DNA of 64,000 nt from Acanthaster planci (Eukaryota), in NCBI RefSeq assembly GCF_001949145.1, contig NW_019091357.1, positions 934,671 through 998,670 on the forward strand, read 5' to 3'. Of this stretch, positions 25,801-38,518 are shown in pieces (the first letter of the stretch is position 1; each line of letters begins with the position of its first letter). The position numbers and the translations under genes were made by a program. The notes under the pieces are model-generated. The model searched no databases, was not told the DNA's origin, and saw nothing but the letters and a program-made list of their open reading frames with translations.

Positions 25801-28800
25801 AGGAGGGGAGCGATAAAAAATGACTCGTTCGTAAAAAATTCTCTGAGCAGTTTGATGCTGCTCAAAGTAGAAATCAACAACGTTACAGACCATATTCCGA
25901 AAGAGAAAAACAACATCTTGCAGATGAATTTGAATGTAACCTGAACGGTCCCAGATCTAAACAGTCACTTAATCGTTCGGACTAGAATGCAATCAACCAC
26001 ACGGCCTCTTTCCTATCACAAAATAAACACGCTTTGTATTAGTTGGAATATATCAAATGATGCAATCGTTTCGAAAAGTGGACTCTCTTGGTCGAGAATT
26101 CAAACTTCAAAACTCAGAGACGGAAAGAAGAAAATGCTCAAATCAGTGAATGCTGTTCTCTGGATCTTTAGACTAAAGTAATGGAAATCTTTAAGTTGGA
26201 CTTACTCAGTCCAGGATTTAAACGCATCTCTGTAGCCAGCTTTAGCTTTACTTTCAGCCTTAATACTTGCTTATCATAAGATCAAATATGAGCTCTAACT
26301 CAGGGATGGGTTGAATCACTGATTTACCTCCCGAGGAATGTCAACTTGCACAGCGTGACGTTAAGAAGTAACAATTATAATCTCTGGCAGAACTCAGATG
26401 CTACATACAGTCCACAATAAAGTCGTTGTTGAGAGCACAGTTCTTGCTATTTGCGCTCGGTGAGTTTTGCGTATATGTAACTGCTAATGACCTTCTAGGC
26501 TCAAAGGCATACCAGACAGTCGATGTGTGATGCGCTCAGAAACTGCTCTGTTAAAGACTTGGAACGGTGGATAGTGTGATCAGATGAACCCGTGTTCATT
26601 TCCGCTCGAGGGCAAGAGAAGGGTGCTTACCCGGCCCTTCAGCAGTTAGTTGCGCGAAATTGAGTTTCGCGCGCGGTAATGACCCGCGCGACCGGAGCGT
26701 CGAACTTAGGGACAACGGGAGTATGGCTCCAAGTAAAAAGCTAAATGAAGCAGGCAGGATGACTGGTGAATCTGGGCTTCCTTCGTGACTTGAATGATTT
26801 GCTTATAAAACAAGCATAATTTACAAAATCAAGGTCATTCTGCCTTTTAGAAAGATCTGCAAGGATCGATACGATTGAAACTGTTGTTTTTGTGTGAATA
26901 TTTTAGGTGACTGTATGGTCAGCAAAGCCTTTGTGTACCGTACAATTACATAAAATGCAACTACACGCAACTGTAAAGAATTCGATTTATACGTGGTTTT
27001 TCACACGTTTAGGCCTAATTGATGTTGACACCACACACGCTCCTGTCCCCTGTATGTTCATTTGTGTCCCCCATCTCCGATGAGATCAGTTATTTTTGTT
27101 AGCTCAGGGAGTGAAGGGAAGCAAGGCGATATTTATTCACAGAACCTTTTCGAAGAGTGAACAAAAAAATCGTGGCTGCTGAAACTTAAGACAAGAACTT
27201 GAGAGAATCTGTTTTAAAACACCCCTTTCCTAGTTGAGAAGGATCTGGAGTTCTGTCTAGCTAGGGGTGTATAATTTTATTTCTGGTTTCGCCACTGAAG
27301 TAGATTCATCTAACAACTGCTGTCCATTGCCGACTGTTTGATCGCGTGCAGACAACCCGATTCTCTTGAATTTTGTGGATGATCGAGAAAACAGTGTTTG
27401 TTGGCCGACAGGCTGAGTCCAACACAAGCAACTATGCGTTTGTTCTGTCTACGCAACTCGAGGGACCATTCTTTGTCTTCGCATGCCGTCTAGTTTTTAT
27501 CGGGAGGGTGTGAGACTCCTAACTAGTTCATGAAAAGTGTGCCATGGGGGGGGGAGCTCTGCCCAGGCCCGTCGATAGCAAATTACTGCGTCGTCTGCAG
27601 AGACACTCTTCACACCTTGGACAATTCTCTAACTTAATAACCCGTGGAAACCCGGCACGTCTATTTGGAACAAGAGTGGCACGAGAGAGAAAAAACCTAG
27701 ACATTACCGGTGAGGCAAATAAAGATGAGTATCCGTTTTGAAGTGATATTCCGAACACATTCAATCACTTTATCTAATCATTTGAATGCAAGTTTCACAA
27801 AGGTGTTCTTTCGATCGTTCATTTCTATAGAGTTTCGAATACGCTGTTGCTACGTGTTCTTGGCTCTCTATTAGAATTTACGAAGACGCATCATATATTT
27901 GGAGCAGCTCTCTCACTGAGCGTTTCAGTCATGGTTAACTTCCATCACTGTATTTAACTGCGTTTCACATTGACAACGGAACGGATTAATGTAATTAAAC
28001 ATCTTAAAGTAAAAAATTAATGATACATTGGTCAGACCCTGAATTGAATTTTCTGAAAAGTGAACTGTCATCCGTACAAGAATACAAATAAGCAGGTGCT
28101 CATTTCTTTCAAGAAAGTCCGATAAAGTTATTATACAATATTCAGTATAACCTGAGAAACCAGACTGAAAAATTACCTTTTATCTGAATATATGAAATGG
28201 AGCGAATGCCAAATGTTGACCACTGACGTCAGTCTTACCTAAGGAAAAACAAATCCCTTTCGCCAAACAAAATACCCCTCCAAATCCCCGCTGAACTCGC
28301 GAGCAAAATGTCCTTTTCACAGGGGCTTTTGCATACTAGCGGTATTCCCAATGCCCTTTCGAAGCTCTTCCTCAACTTACCACTTCAGTGTTTTAGTACC
28401 ATACCACTTGATCCACCTTGGATCCCTATGCCCTCAAACCTCGCAACTAGATTGTCTGATATTGGGCGACAGCCCTTGCTTGGCCGCACGGGTGAAAGGG
28501 AAGATGGATTAGACCGATTGAGGACAGGTCAACATCCTCCGGTTAAGAATTAACACCTACGTGTGTCATGCTGTCTGCGGTAGACGGGTATCGATACAGC
28601 CAAACGCTGTGCTTAGCTAAACGGTTTTTTTTTTACATGTACTTCTTGCGTGCTCGCTGTTGAGTATGGTTTTACCTCTCTTCTTCACGTTACCATTCTG
28701 CTCAATTGACCGGATAAGTTTTGAATCACACAGATCAGTGGTAAAATGGGCATCAAATCTCAAATGATTACATTTTGCCGTTCTAATTTATGATAGGCCA

Positions 28801-31800
28801 AAGCTTTAAAATATTTTTTTTGGTAACTTATTCAGTGCTCATAAAAAGTCAAACACCCACAAGTCTCGCAAAGTTTTCGAAATTAAACACAAGTGTAGAA
28901 TGCGAGCTTTCTCCGCTAGTGTGTTTAGTACGATTCTTGAATTCCATAATGTCTTTAAAATGAAAATCACTTTATTTTTGTTTAGTTAAATCAGTATTTA
29001 AATTTAATTATCGGATTATCGCTTCATTAAACACTCAAAGGAAGCGTGTGAGACTAGACTACTAAAGCCAAAAATCTACCAAGTTTTCTCAACGGCACAT
29101 TTATTCTTGGGACACTTTAAATACTGTGGCCTCTGGTCACGTGGGAAATATCCGAATTAATTGCCAACCTGCTGTAATACCCGGGTGCAACCTATTTCGG
29201 CAGCGATTTGACAGCCAGGAGACGTATCAAGATTAGCAGATGTTCCTGGGCTGTTTAATTAACTCAATTCATCCATTGTAAATGCCGATGCTTGCAAGGT
29301 GTCAACGTCTCGTAGCCGAATGAGTTCATATTAATTTTCACCATACAGTTTTTCATTAATTTTTTCTGGCGATGGGTATGTGCAGTCCGTCTTTCAGCAA
29401 ACCATTGCTTGCATTTTAACGAAAGATATGTTTTTCTGTTGCAAGGCTGGTTAAAATTAAATTTCTTGTATCACTTTAATCAGCCATTATGAAATGTGGG
29501 TAATTTTATAGGCCTAATTGTTATTTTAATGTCAATTCATTTGCTTACAATTTAGCGCACTTATTACATTGCCGAGCATGAAATAATAATTAGTAGTTTT
29601 ACTAATTTCTTAAACTAGTTATTTACCATCAAAACTTTCGAACCTGCGGATAATCTCTGATACAGAGACTGCTTGTCTTGATTCCTCAAATTGTAACCTA
29701 TCGGCTGTCTTATATTTTTCCGTTAGGATATCAAGTGATGGATTTTGCACGCTTTGGCTAAAAAGGTGGTATCAGGATGCCTCTCAATAACCTTTGGAAA
29801 TCATGCGTGGTCACGCAAATCGGCCTCATTGCACGGAGGGGGTAAAGCTCTTATGTACTGTACACAACCGCGTGTGCTTGAGCGATAGACGTTTCCCTCA
29901 GACTGCGGCATGGGCTGAAGTACACGATAGAATACAGACCCCTTACATTGCTTGCTATTCTAATGGTCAGCCAAGTTAGCAGAAATAATACCCTACATTA
30001 GTGTCAGACGTATCACCTATCTATTGTCCATTTGCCCCATTACCTGTAAAAAGGGTCGCATTTTTATGCAACATGTAGTCGAAGTGTTTATAATTTGGTG
30101 GTTTGATGAAGCAAAATGAGATTTTGTGACACTGAAATAATCCCTTGCTTTTGCACTGATGGCAGCCATAGTTTTACCATGGTTTTACCAGACCTGTTCT
30201 TAAGCGACTGTGACGTAAAAATAAAAGACACTGTTGAGAGATCAAGTGTCTTTAACTCCCCAGCTTCGGAGGTTGCCTCTGTAATTGCCTCTCGACTTAC
30301 TTCTCTCTTAGATTAATGTATTTACATGTATTCTCTTAATAACACTATTCATTAACCGCCTGTTATATCTTAATCCAAAGCAATGTCCTTATGGAACCAA
30401 AATATTATAGAAATTATAAAAATGGACTGCCACAGTAGGATTTCAACCCTCACACCCAAAAAAGGCAAGACGTTTCACTGGTAATTAAGATATCCTCATC
30501 ACGTTCATTCTCCATGGTCGAACGTGGATAACGGGATACACTTCGTTCACAAAAAGTTGTTTTCCCCACTCTAAAGATGTCAAATCGATGAGTGATAGCA
30601 CGTGGTTATCTAATCAAATGAAATTACCTGTCTAGGCATCCACTCTCCGTGGCCAACGTAAACATGGCGGAATCCCAAATTCATTAAGAGCCAGTGAATT
30701 ATTTAACCGCGACTTGGGAAGTAATAATTTGATCTGGGCTGCGCCCTCCTTGGGGAAGAGCCGACGAAAACGAGGTTAAGGGTGAGGTTCGCATGCAAAG
30801 GCACTTACATATCGCAAGCACAAATGAGCAAATTCACCATTTTAAACTTTCATTTACTAATCATACGCATTGTCCGCTTTATTTTAAGTAAATAACAGAG
30901 TCAAACAAGTGATTGCGTTAAGCTACACACTTCGGTCATCTAAATGATATCAACTTCACCAGTTCGAGTGGAAAAGGAGGAGTTGGCACGTTTGTTCGGG
31001 GGCGCAATCTGCCAAAAAGAAAAAAATACGTCAAGCTAAGAACCCTTCTGAAGGAGTTTAAACAATGACTGCCTCATCTTCAACGGAAATCCACGCCAAT
31101 GTCGATTGTGGTTTGCATTGTCATCAGGGAATCGTCGCCCTCGATCTGCCTACTGTCTTTGCACAATTTGGTCGCCTCGCTTCCCTCAACTTTAAATTGT
31201 CCCCAACAAACAAACAAAGAACTGTCTCCTTCCAAGGAGTTGGAAAGGGCAGCTTGTCCAGGCCATCTTACACAGTGACAGGAGACGAGCAACGCCTCTA
31301 GATCTTTAAGGAAAACGATCTTGATATCTGCACGGTTTTTCCTTCTCGCTCTCTTTGTACTTTTGTCATGCCAGCCCTGCTAAAAGCTTACTTAGCATGT
31401 CCGCAGTATGTGCAATGAGACAGCTGGGCACGTGGGTAAGACAGCCCCCATTAACGAAGTGATACAGTCGCCAATCACGTTTTTACCATGGTGGCCTTAG
31501 AGGACCGCTCTGTCCGAATTTCTAGGTTAATCCCTCAGAAGATCAAGTTCCCAAAAATTGAAATGGCAAAGACAAAGCGATCAATGAGGAAAAGACTAAA
31601 TCAGAGCAAAACGTGAATTACGCTTCGACCTAGATCTCAGCACGTCTTAGTAAGTGGGAATTTCGTGCGGTAGGCTTTTTTCTCACAAGTTCCTCCTGTG
31701 CTGTGTTATTCTCAGATTCGAGTTCCTTGATTTCATTGAGGCTTTTAGAGGTTACTGTGCAATCAGCACCTGGGATTTTTTTCTTGATACCCACAAATTC

Positions 31801-33788
31801 AAGTTGCCATTTCGGCAGCTCAACGGACTTCTTTAAAAATATCGACCAAGTATTCATAAACTGAAGTTTGCCAGCGGTGAAAATTTATTCATTCGTCGAG
31901 GTCAAAGGATTTATAGCCTCCTGGTAGGTAGGATTTAGTTCCGAATCGCTTTGTAAACAAGTATGAGTGAGGTTTGCGGCAAGAGGTATTTCCTGTGTTC
32001 ATTGCGTGTAACTGACATACAATCGTGGTTACAGGACTATATCTTTGAACTCTTTTTTATATAATAAACCCTTCTCCTTTACGAGTATGAAATGCCATGA
32101 AATGATTCCTTCTGCAATCTTATTTTAACTTTTGTCACCCCTTCGTTTTCCTGCTGAAGGCTTTGATGCACCGCCATAATTTAATACTAGGGTCGATCAT
32201 TATGCCGGTTAAGTGCTCAGTGATGGGAATCGTCAACTCGAACGTGCCCTAAAAATTGAATTACAAGTACACGCGATTTCATAAATGTGTTGCTGGTACT
32301 GACTCTATTGAATCTGTTTTAAGCAAGTGATACTGAACTCCACGTTTGAATCCTCTTGAGAGGTCTGAAGTGAAGTGGACGGTAGGTAGTAGACCGTTAA
32401 CCGAATACACGCACGTGTCTGCAAAGAGTCGATAACGGTTCTTTCCGCTTCGATAGTTCGCTCAGTCTCGCTGTTTGCGCTCTACTCGAGGGGAAAAGCA
32501 GAGCTTTTAAGTGACGCCGATCGAGCACCTCCAGCTGCGTCGGCAACGGGTGAAGATCGTTCCTTGCCCTGAACTTTGCCGGGTTCGATGCTCGCAATTG
32601 TACGTGTTGCCGCCTCGAGGATTTTATTCCGAATCTTACGAAACGACCTTGGAATTAAAAGAATTGAACGCAGGATGAAAAACCTCCGGGAGGAGCGTGA
32701 TATTCTCGAAAAAGTCACATTATTCGCGAAAATTGTGAGGCATTAATCTTATAAGTGAACATACATACATGGCCACTCATATTTTGCAGGGCATTGTCTA
32801 AAATTGTCGCGAACTATTTTCCAGCGGAGGATATCAAAATAGCATCCTTGTTATTCATTTATTCCAGCTAGTAACTTGTCTTCATTCCTCCATGGATTAA
32901 TTGGTAGCGTCGATCCGAACATTGCCTGCTTCATGTTAACAAGTTCGACTCATTATCGCTGGTGAAATTAGCATAATTCTTCCAGAAAAGGGGGCGAAGC
33001 TGTCAGAAGAGAGTGTACACGGCTAATGCCTGGTAATTGGAGCGTGAAGTTGTACTCGTCTCGACGGAATCCTGCGGTTAGTCGTAAGCTGGGGCGATTC
33101 GAGCCACGATGAGAGTCCCAGAGTCGTCTTCGTTTCCGGTTTTCATGTCACATTTGTGCAGATTATTAAACCATAGCATCGTATTGAGGCCTTAGATGTA
33201 TGCATGGCAAGGTTTTGTTTGTAAGCTCGATAGTGTGGCATTAACACCCACGTGGACTTTAAGAATAAGAAATCTGATGACGACACAATTATTCTAAATC
33301 TGGAAAAGCTTTTTCTTAAATGTTAACCGAGGCATTAATCATAAATTGATCAGAAAAAAAATCCCATAGGTAAAGAATTGGTATGGCGTGATGATGGAGA
33401 TCATTTTTGTCTTTCCAAATGTATGTTAGTATTGACATACCCAGTATGTCAAGATCAGAATTGTTTGGGATGTTGCACAACAGTCGTTTCAAACAGGTTG
33501 AACCTTGTTACAGTTTTTGTGACATCACACGAATGAAACTCACTGTTTCATTTGTTTTGTTAATTCTTGAGTAAGTCTAGCGAAGTTATTCTTTTGTATC
33601 TCTCCCTTTTTGGCCATTGCTATTAAATCTCAATCTTTGTTCGTGTACATTTATACATTTGAGTTGTTTGTAAGATTCCGTGTATTTTTTATCTCTATAG
33701 CTTTTAATCATACAGGATTTGTAGTGGAAACAACACGACACCTGTCTCTCTAATGGATGAAATCTACAACATATCGCAATATTGGCGT

Positions 33789-33942
33789 TTCACAAAAGTG
33801 CGCCTCCGAGAGTTTGCAACGCGTTGGCCAATCGTAATGCGCGAAATCTGTCGACCCAATGCGCGCTTGGAAAGGGTCGACAGATTTCGCGCATTGAGAT
33901 TGGCCAACGCGTTGCAAACTCTTGGAAGCGCACTTTTGTGAA
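33789..33942. mobile_element. Palindromic MITE-like element (~154 bp)
   Basis: The ~70-nt left arm ttcacaaaagtgcgcctccgagagtttgcaacgcgttggccaatcgtaatgcgcgaaatctgtcgaccc pairs with the right arm gggtcgacagatttcgcgcattgagattggccaacgcgttgcaaactcttggaagcgcacttttgtgaa with few mismatches. A second related copy starts at 36746. Confidence 0.8.
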
Positions 33943-36745
33943 TCGTCCGTATTAACATAACATAGATTGGGATCTGCATGTCGAGGTCGATATGCATTGG
34001 ACTGTATTCGTGTGTACTTGATGAAACGACGCCAATCATAAATATACGTCGAGCGACGAAGGACGGTCTGTAGTTAAGATGTTACAAGGATATATTCTAT
34101 GTGTTTCGTTAATGCGTCCTTTCATGGGTCAAGCTTTCTATTTTTGATGGGAAAAAAGACACGCCTCTGTTGTTGGGTACCCTCATCAAATCACCTGGCC
34201 TTTTATGAACATCAATTTGATCGAGTGAAGGCCGTGTGCAGTGTATCTTAGTGCCCCTTGACAGGGTGAAATCGAATTGTGTCCATGGTCGCAGCTCGAA
34301 ATAATCATCTACTGAACCATGTCAGTAGAAGCCTCAATAGGCCTACATTTTGTATTTTTCCTTCTTAGAAATTAAAAAGCGTGAATTGCACAAAATTCAC
34401 CTTCACGGGTTCTTGTCACTCAGGATCGAGGGGCTCGTGGCCTAAATATTTGAAGCAATCATTGCTGGAATTATTGTCGTGCCCTTGATATCCAATAGGA
34501 ATTAGTGACTAGAACCGAACAATAACAACTCTCTATAACGTCACAGTCTGATAACACGCTTCATGTGCTGACAATCTGACTGTAACTCTCTTACCTCGAA
34601 AAGTCTGTTCAAAGTGGGCCAATTCCATCTTGGCAGATACGAGTTCGACTTTGATCTAAAACTTGGAAAACACAGATGTCGAGTGAGTTTTGCTTTCCCG
34701 ACAACCCAACAAAGCTACTTAAACCAACTGATGGAGTCTGTGTGTCAGCTCTTTTGGGCACACACTGTGCTTTCTGTAACCCGACCTGAAATAATTTTTG
34801 CAAACATTTTGATGCAAATCCCACGCTTACTACTGCCCCACCTCCTAGTTATACCATAATTGCCAACTGCACCGAACGAATTCTGCATTTCCTGACTATG
34901 GCAACAGCCAGAGGTAGCTCGCACTAAAATCAAATCTACCGTATGGTTGGACATATATCATTAGCCAACTAATCGGAAGGACTGGTCTTAAGGGTGATGG
35001 AAAGTTTTGCCTTCGGAAAAATATCGCAAGCCAGTCGGTTCAACATCGGCCGCAGAGTTCGTAAGTTACAAATACTTGAAATATGTTCAAGCCTCGTGGT
35101 ACCTCGGTTACCATGGCAACAGGGTGCTGTTTTTCTCGTTCTCCGGAAATTGAAGTGGCCCTCAGCGCAATGGCCCGGGTTTGGTTATTCCCCCGATGCA
35201 CTCATCTGACGACCAGCTCTCCTCCCTTCTACCTGTAGTAGAGAAACAGATAAACCAGCCGGGTGGCCCACCTGAATTTACCCAATGCGTCGACTTGATG
35301 CACTGAAAACATAAACCGGATAAGTGTTCCCATTTGCGCGCAACAATTGTCCGTTAATCAAAGTGAAACCCTTATCCCCTGTTTCTTCACTTCCTCTCAT
35401 TACCTGTCTCCAAACCAAGCCTAGAGTTCATGAACAAAACATGATTCCTTCTCGACAAATACTTCCTGCCTTATTTTGTGAATTGCTGTACCACCAGTTT
35501 GCAGAAAAAGCATGTCGCCGATAGCTTCATGTTCATGGGCACTACCTAATACAGATATCAAGTCGCCTACCATCCAGGGTATTATGGTGCCTTTTTTTAA
35601 AAGACAGCTTGACAATTAACATCCTGCCTCGTTGCTATTCGACAAATGTCACGATCAAGGCCACCACCATTACAGCCCACGAGAATGTCATAAAATGGAG
35701 ACTTGCATTAGCGCTCGTCATTCAATAATGAAAGTTACGTCTGGCGTCTTGCGTAAAGGCACGTCGCCGATGTCATTAACGACGCGAGTAATCAATGGAC
35801 CAATAATTACGGACAATCCCAGCACAGTCATTTTCCCTATAGTGTAAGTTCTCTGCCGCAGCAAGGGCAATATATCGATTTTTCTTCCCGTTTCTCATCA
35901 GGCTTTAAATGATCATTCTCAGACTGTCTTTGTTACGCAAATGAATCGCGCGGTCTAATTTCCTGAAGATGCACATTAGTACCTGAAGTACCGTAGTCGC
36001 CGCCAAAAATGTTCACGGCCTTAATACCTTGAGCACGAGGAATGATTTTCGAGAATGCTGATTTTTTTTTTACAAATAGTGACAAGCAGTATAAGCATAG
36101 CATGGCGTGTCAATTCGTGGTAATCGTGTAACCCTCTTCACCCGAAAACGGCCAAGGATGGTTAGGTGAAATTTTGAGTCAAAAACACTGCTGCTTGGTT
36201 GAAGGCAACAAATTCCCCCTATTGAAAAGACTCCACTAAAATTATCCTTCATGAGTTAGTATCTTTGGAAAAGTGTGCTCTTAAAAATTATCACTCAGTC
36301 GAGCCAGCAGCCTCGATCTACACTGAGCTTCTTTTCAACTGAGTATGAGATACATTTTAATGGTTTTCCGCTCTGCCGATGAAGAAGAGACGGTCGCTTT
36401 ATTGAACAAATTAATCATGCCTTTCCCATTTGCGTGACGAGGGTGAATTTTGGAGCACAGGGTCGTAAAAGCAGCTTTCCAAGGAGCAATCACTTTTGCC
36501 ATGAGCGACATGGAGGATAAATCTGACATGGCCTGCTTCGCCTGAAGTACTGAAGCATGTTTCAGGTTTATACTCTGTGCAGGGAATTTACAGACATGAA
36601 CTACAAACAGATGTCTGCAGTTCGAGTTTTGTCTCCGTTTTCATTTTTCTTTAATACTGTTGTAGTGGACTTTCATTTATTCTGGCATGGTTCAACTCGT
36701 ACAAACGCTATTTGTATTTATTGTCCCCACCAAAATACGGGTGTC

Positions 36746-36861
36746 TCACAATAGTGCGCCTCCAAGAGTTTGCAACGCGTGGCCAACGCGATCACAGAGC
36801 GAGTTTGGAAAGTGTCGACAGATGTCGTGCGTCGTGATTGGCCAACGCATTACACCCTCTG
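36746..36861. mobile_element. Degenerate, internally deleted copy of the 33789 palindromic element
   Basis: tcacaatagtgcgcctccaagagtttgcaacgcgtggccaa...ttggaaagtgtcgacagatgtcgtgcgtcgtgattggccaacgc aligns by eye to 33790-33910. Confidence 0.7.
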
Positions 36862-38255
36862 GGGTGGCCTATTGGCCATGAGGGCTGCGCAAGTGGAAGC
36901 CTAAAGGACGTACCACAACTTAATTAATTATTCTGTAGTTGAATTTTGTAAGTAATTTTACCCAGATTCTTCAAACACTTCGGGATTTTGCAAAACCAAA
37001 TTGTCGAAACTGTTCCCCCACCCCCTCAAAATGATCAGAAGCTGGTTAGGTGCGTGAGAACCCAAGTGTGCATTTGGTTCGTCAGAAAAGCGTCGAAGTT
37101 TTTTGTTTAAAGTTGGTTTCACGGGAGTTTAGCAGTGCTAATGTAGATTTAATCAAAGCGCCGAGGATTTGTCTACCCCCGAGTCAAGTCCTTTCCAGAC
37201 TTGGAAATGAAACATCAGTGGCTCTGCATTTTTAAGATTACACCCCGACTTACCCATGTTTCTTAGTAACACAACCGAGGCCGCGTTCTGAGTCCAAAAT
37301 TCGTTGCACTTATCAGGTAGCACTAGTGTAGTAAGAGATGACTCTCCGAGTCACAGCAGTAGGGGTGTGCATTTGCGGGTATTTTTAGAACCGGGTATCC
37401 GTTTTTTGTTAACATCGGGTACCCTGGTACCCGGTACAGGCCTACACAGCAGATATAATTTCCATCATACCGCTGTTCACTCACGATATAAGCTCGGCTC
37501 GTACTGATTATATGGGCCAAGATTTTAATCTTCCCGTCTTAGTTGCACAGCTCTTCCTAAATACAGCCGGTGAATGAATTAAACTAATGTATCTCACTGA
37601 ATATGACTGTGCCTTGATGGATAGTTCAGCCGTTGTGCGAACGATTTCTTATCCACCGATTACTGTCCACCTTATAAAAACACCAGCCTCCTTCGATCCT
37701 AGTCGGTAACGCATAAGTCCACCCAATATTTCTTACGATTTAGAGCAAAACAAGGCACGACCCCATACCGTGGCAACAGACCTGCTCTAAGGGTGAGACG
37801 CCAAACTGTATCGATCGACAGTGGGACGTCCGGAATCGGTAAACGATACCAATACCTCCTTAGTGCAACGGAACGCATAAAGCGCACAAATTATCTCGAT
37901 TTGTGTATGAGCCTGGGTATAATGTGTCTGAAGAGAAATGTCGTCTATTATGGAAGCAGATGCGATTGCCACTTTGCGTCTTGCGGTACTATTTTTAATT
38001 TTATAGTGCATTTCGCGTTCACAACGTGAAACATAAAGGGAAGTGATCAACATTTAAAAACGTAAAATATGGCTTTGGTGCAACAACTAGTCACTTTGGG
38101 TTTCGGTAAACAATCAGCCAGCAAATTAATTAAAAGGAAATAGCGCACCTTTAGTTTTCTCAATTAATATGACCCTCTCGGTAGGATCGTGGACCACAAT
38201 GTTGCCTAGAGTTTTGGTATCATCACCCCTAAAGTTGTTATAATTACCGCTAATG

Positions 38256-38518
38256 GATCATTAGGGAGACATTCCCATAAGAACGTGCACAAAATTTTTC
38301 CAACTTCACTGTCCCATAATTCAATATTCCCTAATCTGATCTGAACCAAACTTTTATGTTTTCATTTTAGGCCCTAAACTATCATCTCTCAAAATATGGA
38401 CACTAAAATTCGGCCTCCTTCTGGTAGTTTGAAAATAGGGAGACACCAAAATGTCTCCCTAAAAGCCAATGTCTCCCTAACGCTGAAAAATGTACCACAA
38501 AATGTTTCCCAAATGACC
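38256..38518. mobile_element. MITE-like element with TAGGGAGACA sub-repeats
   Basis: Left end gatcattagggagacatt and right end aatgtttcccaaatgacc form an imperfect inverted repeat. Internal copies are tagggagaca (~38436) and tgtctccctaa (~38452 and ~38470). Confidence 0.6.

Noticed and set aside
33789..33942. pre-miRNA
   Set aside because: The stem is too long and regular, a second decayed copy exists nearby, and I recognised no known mature miRNA.
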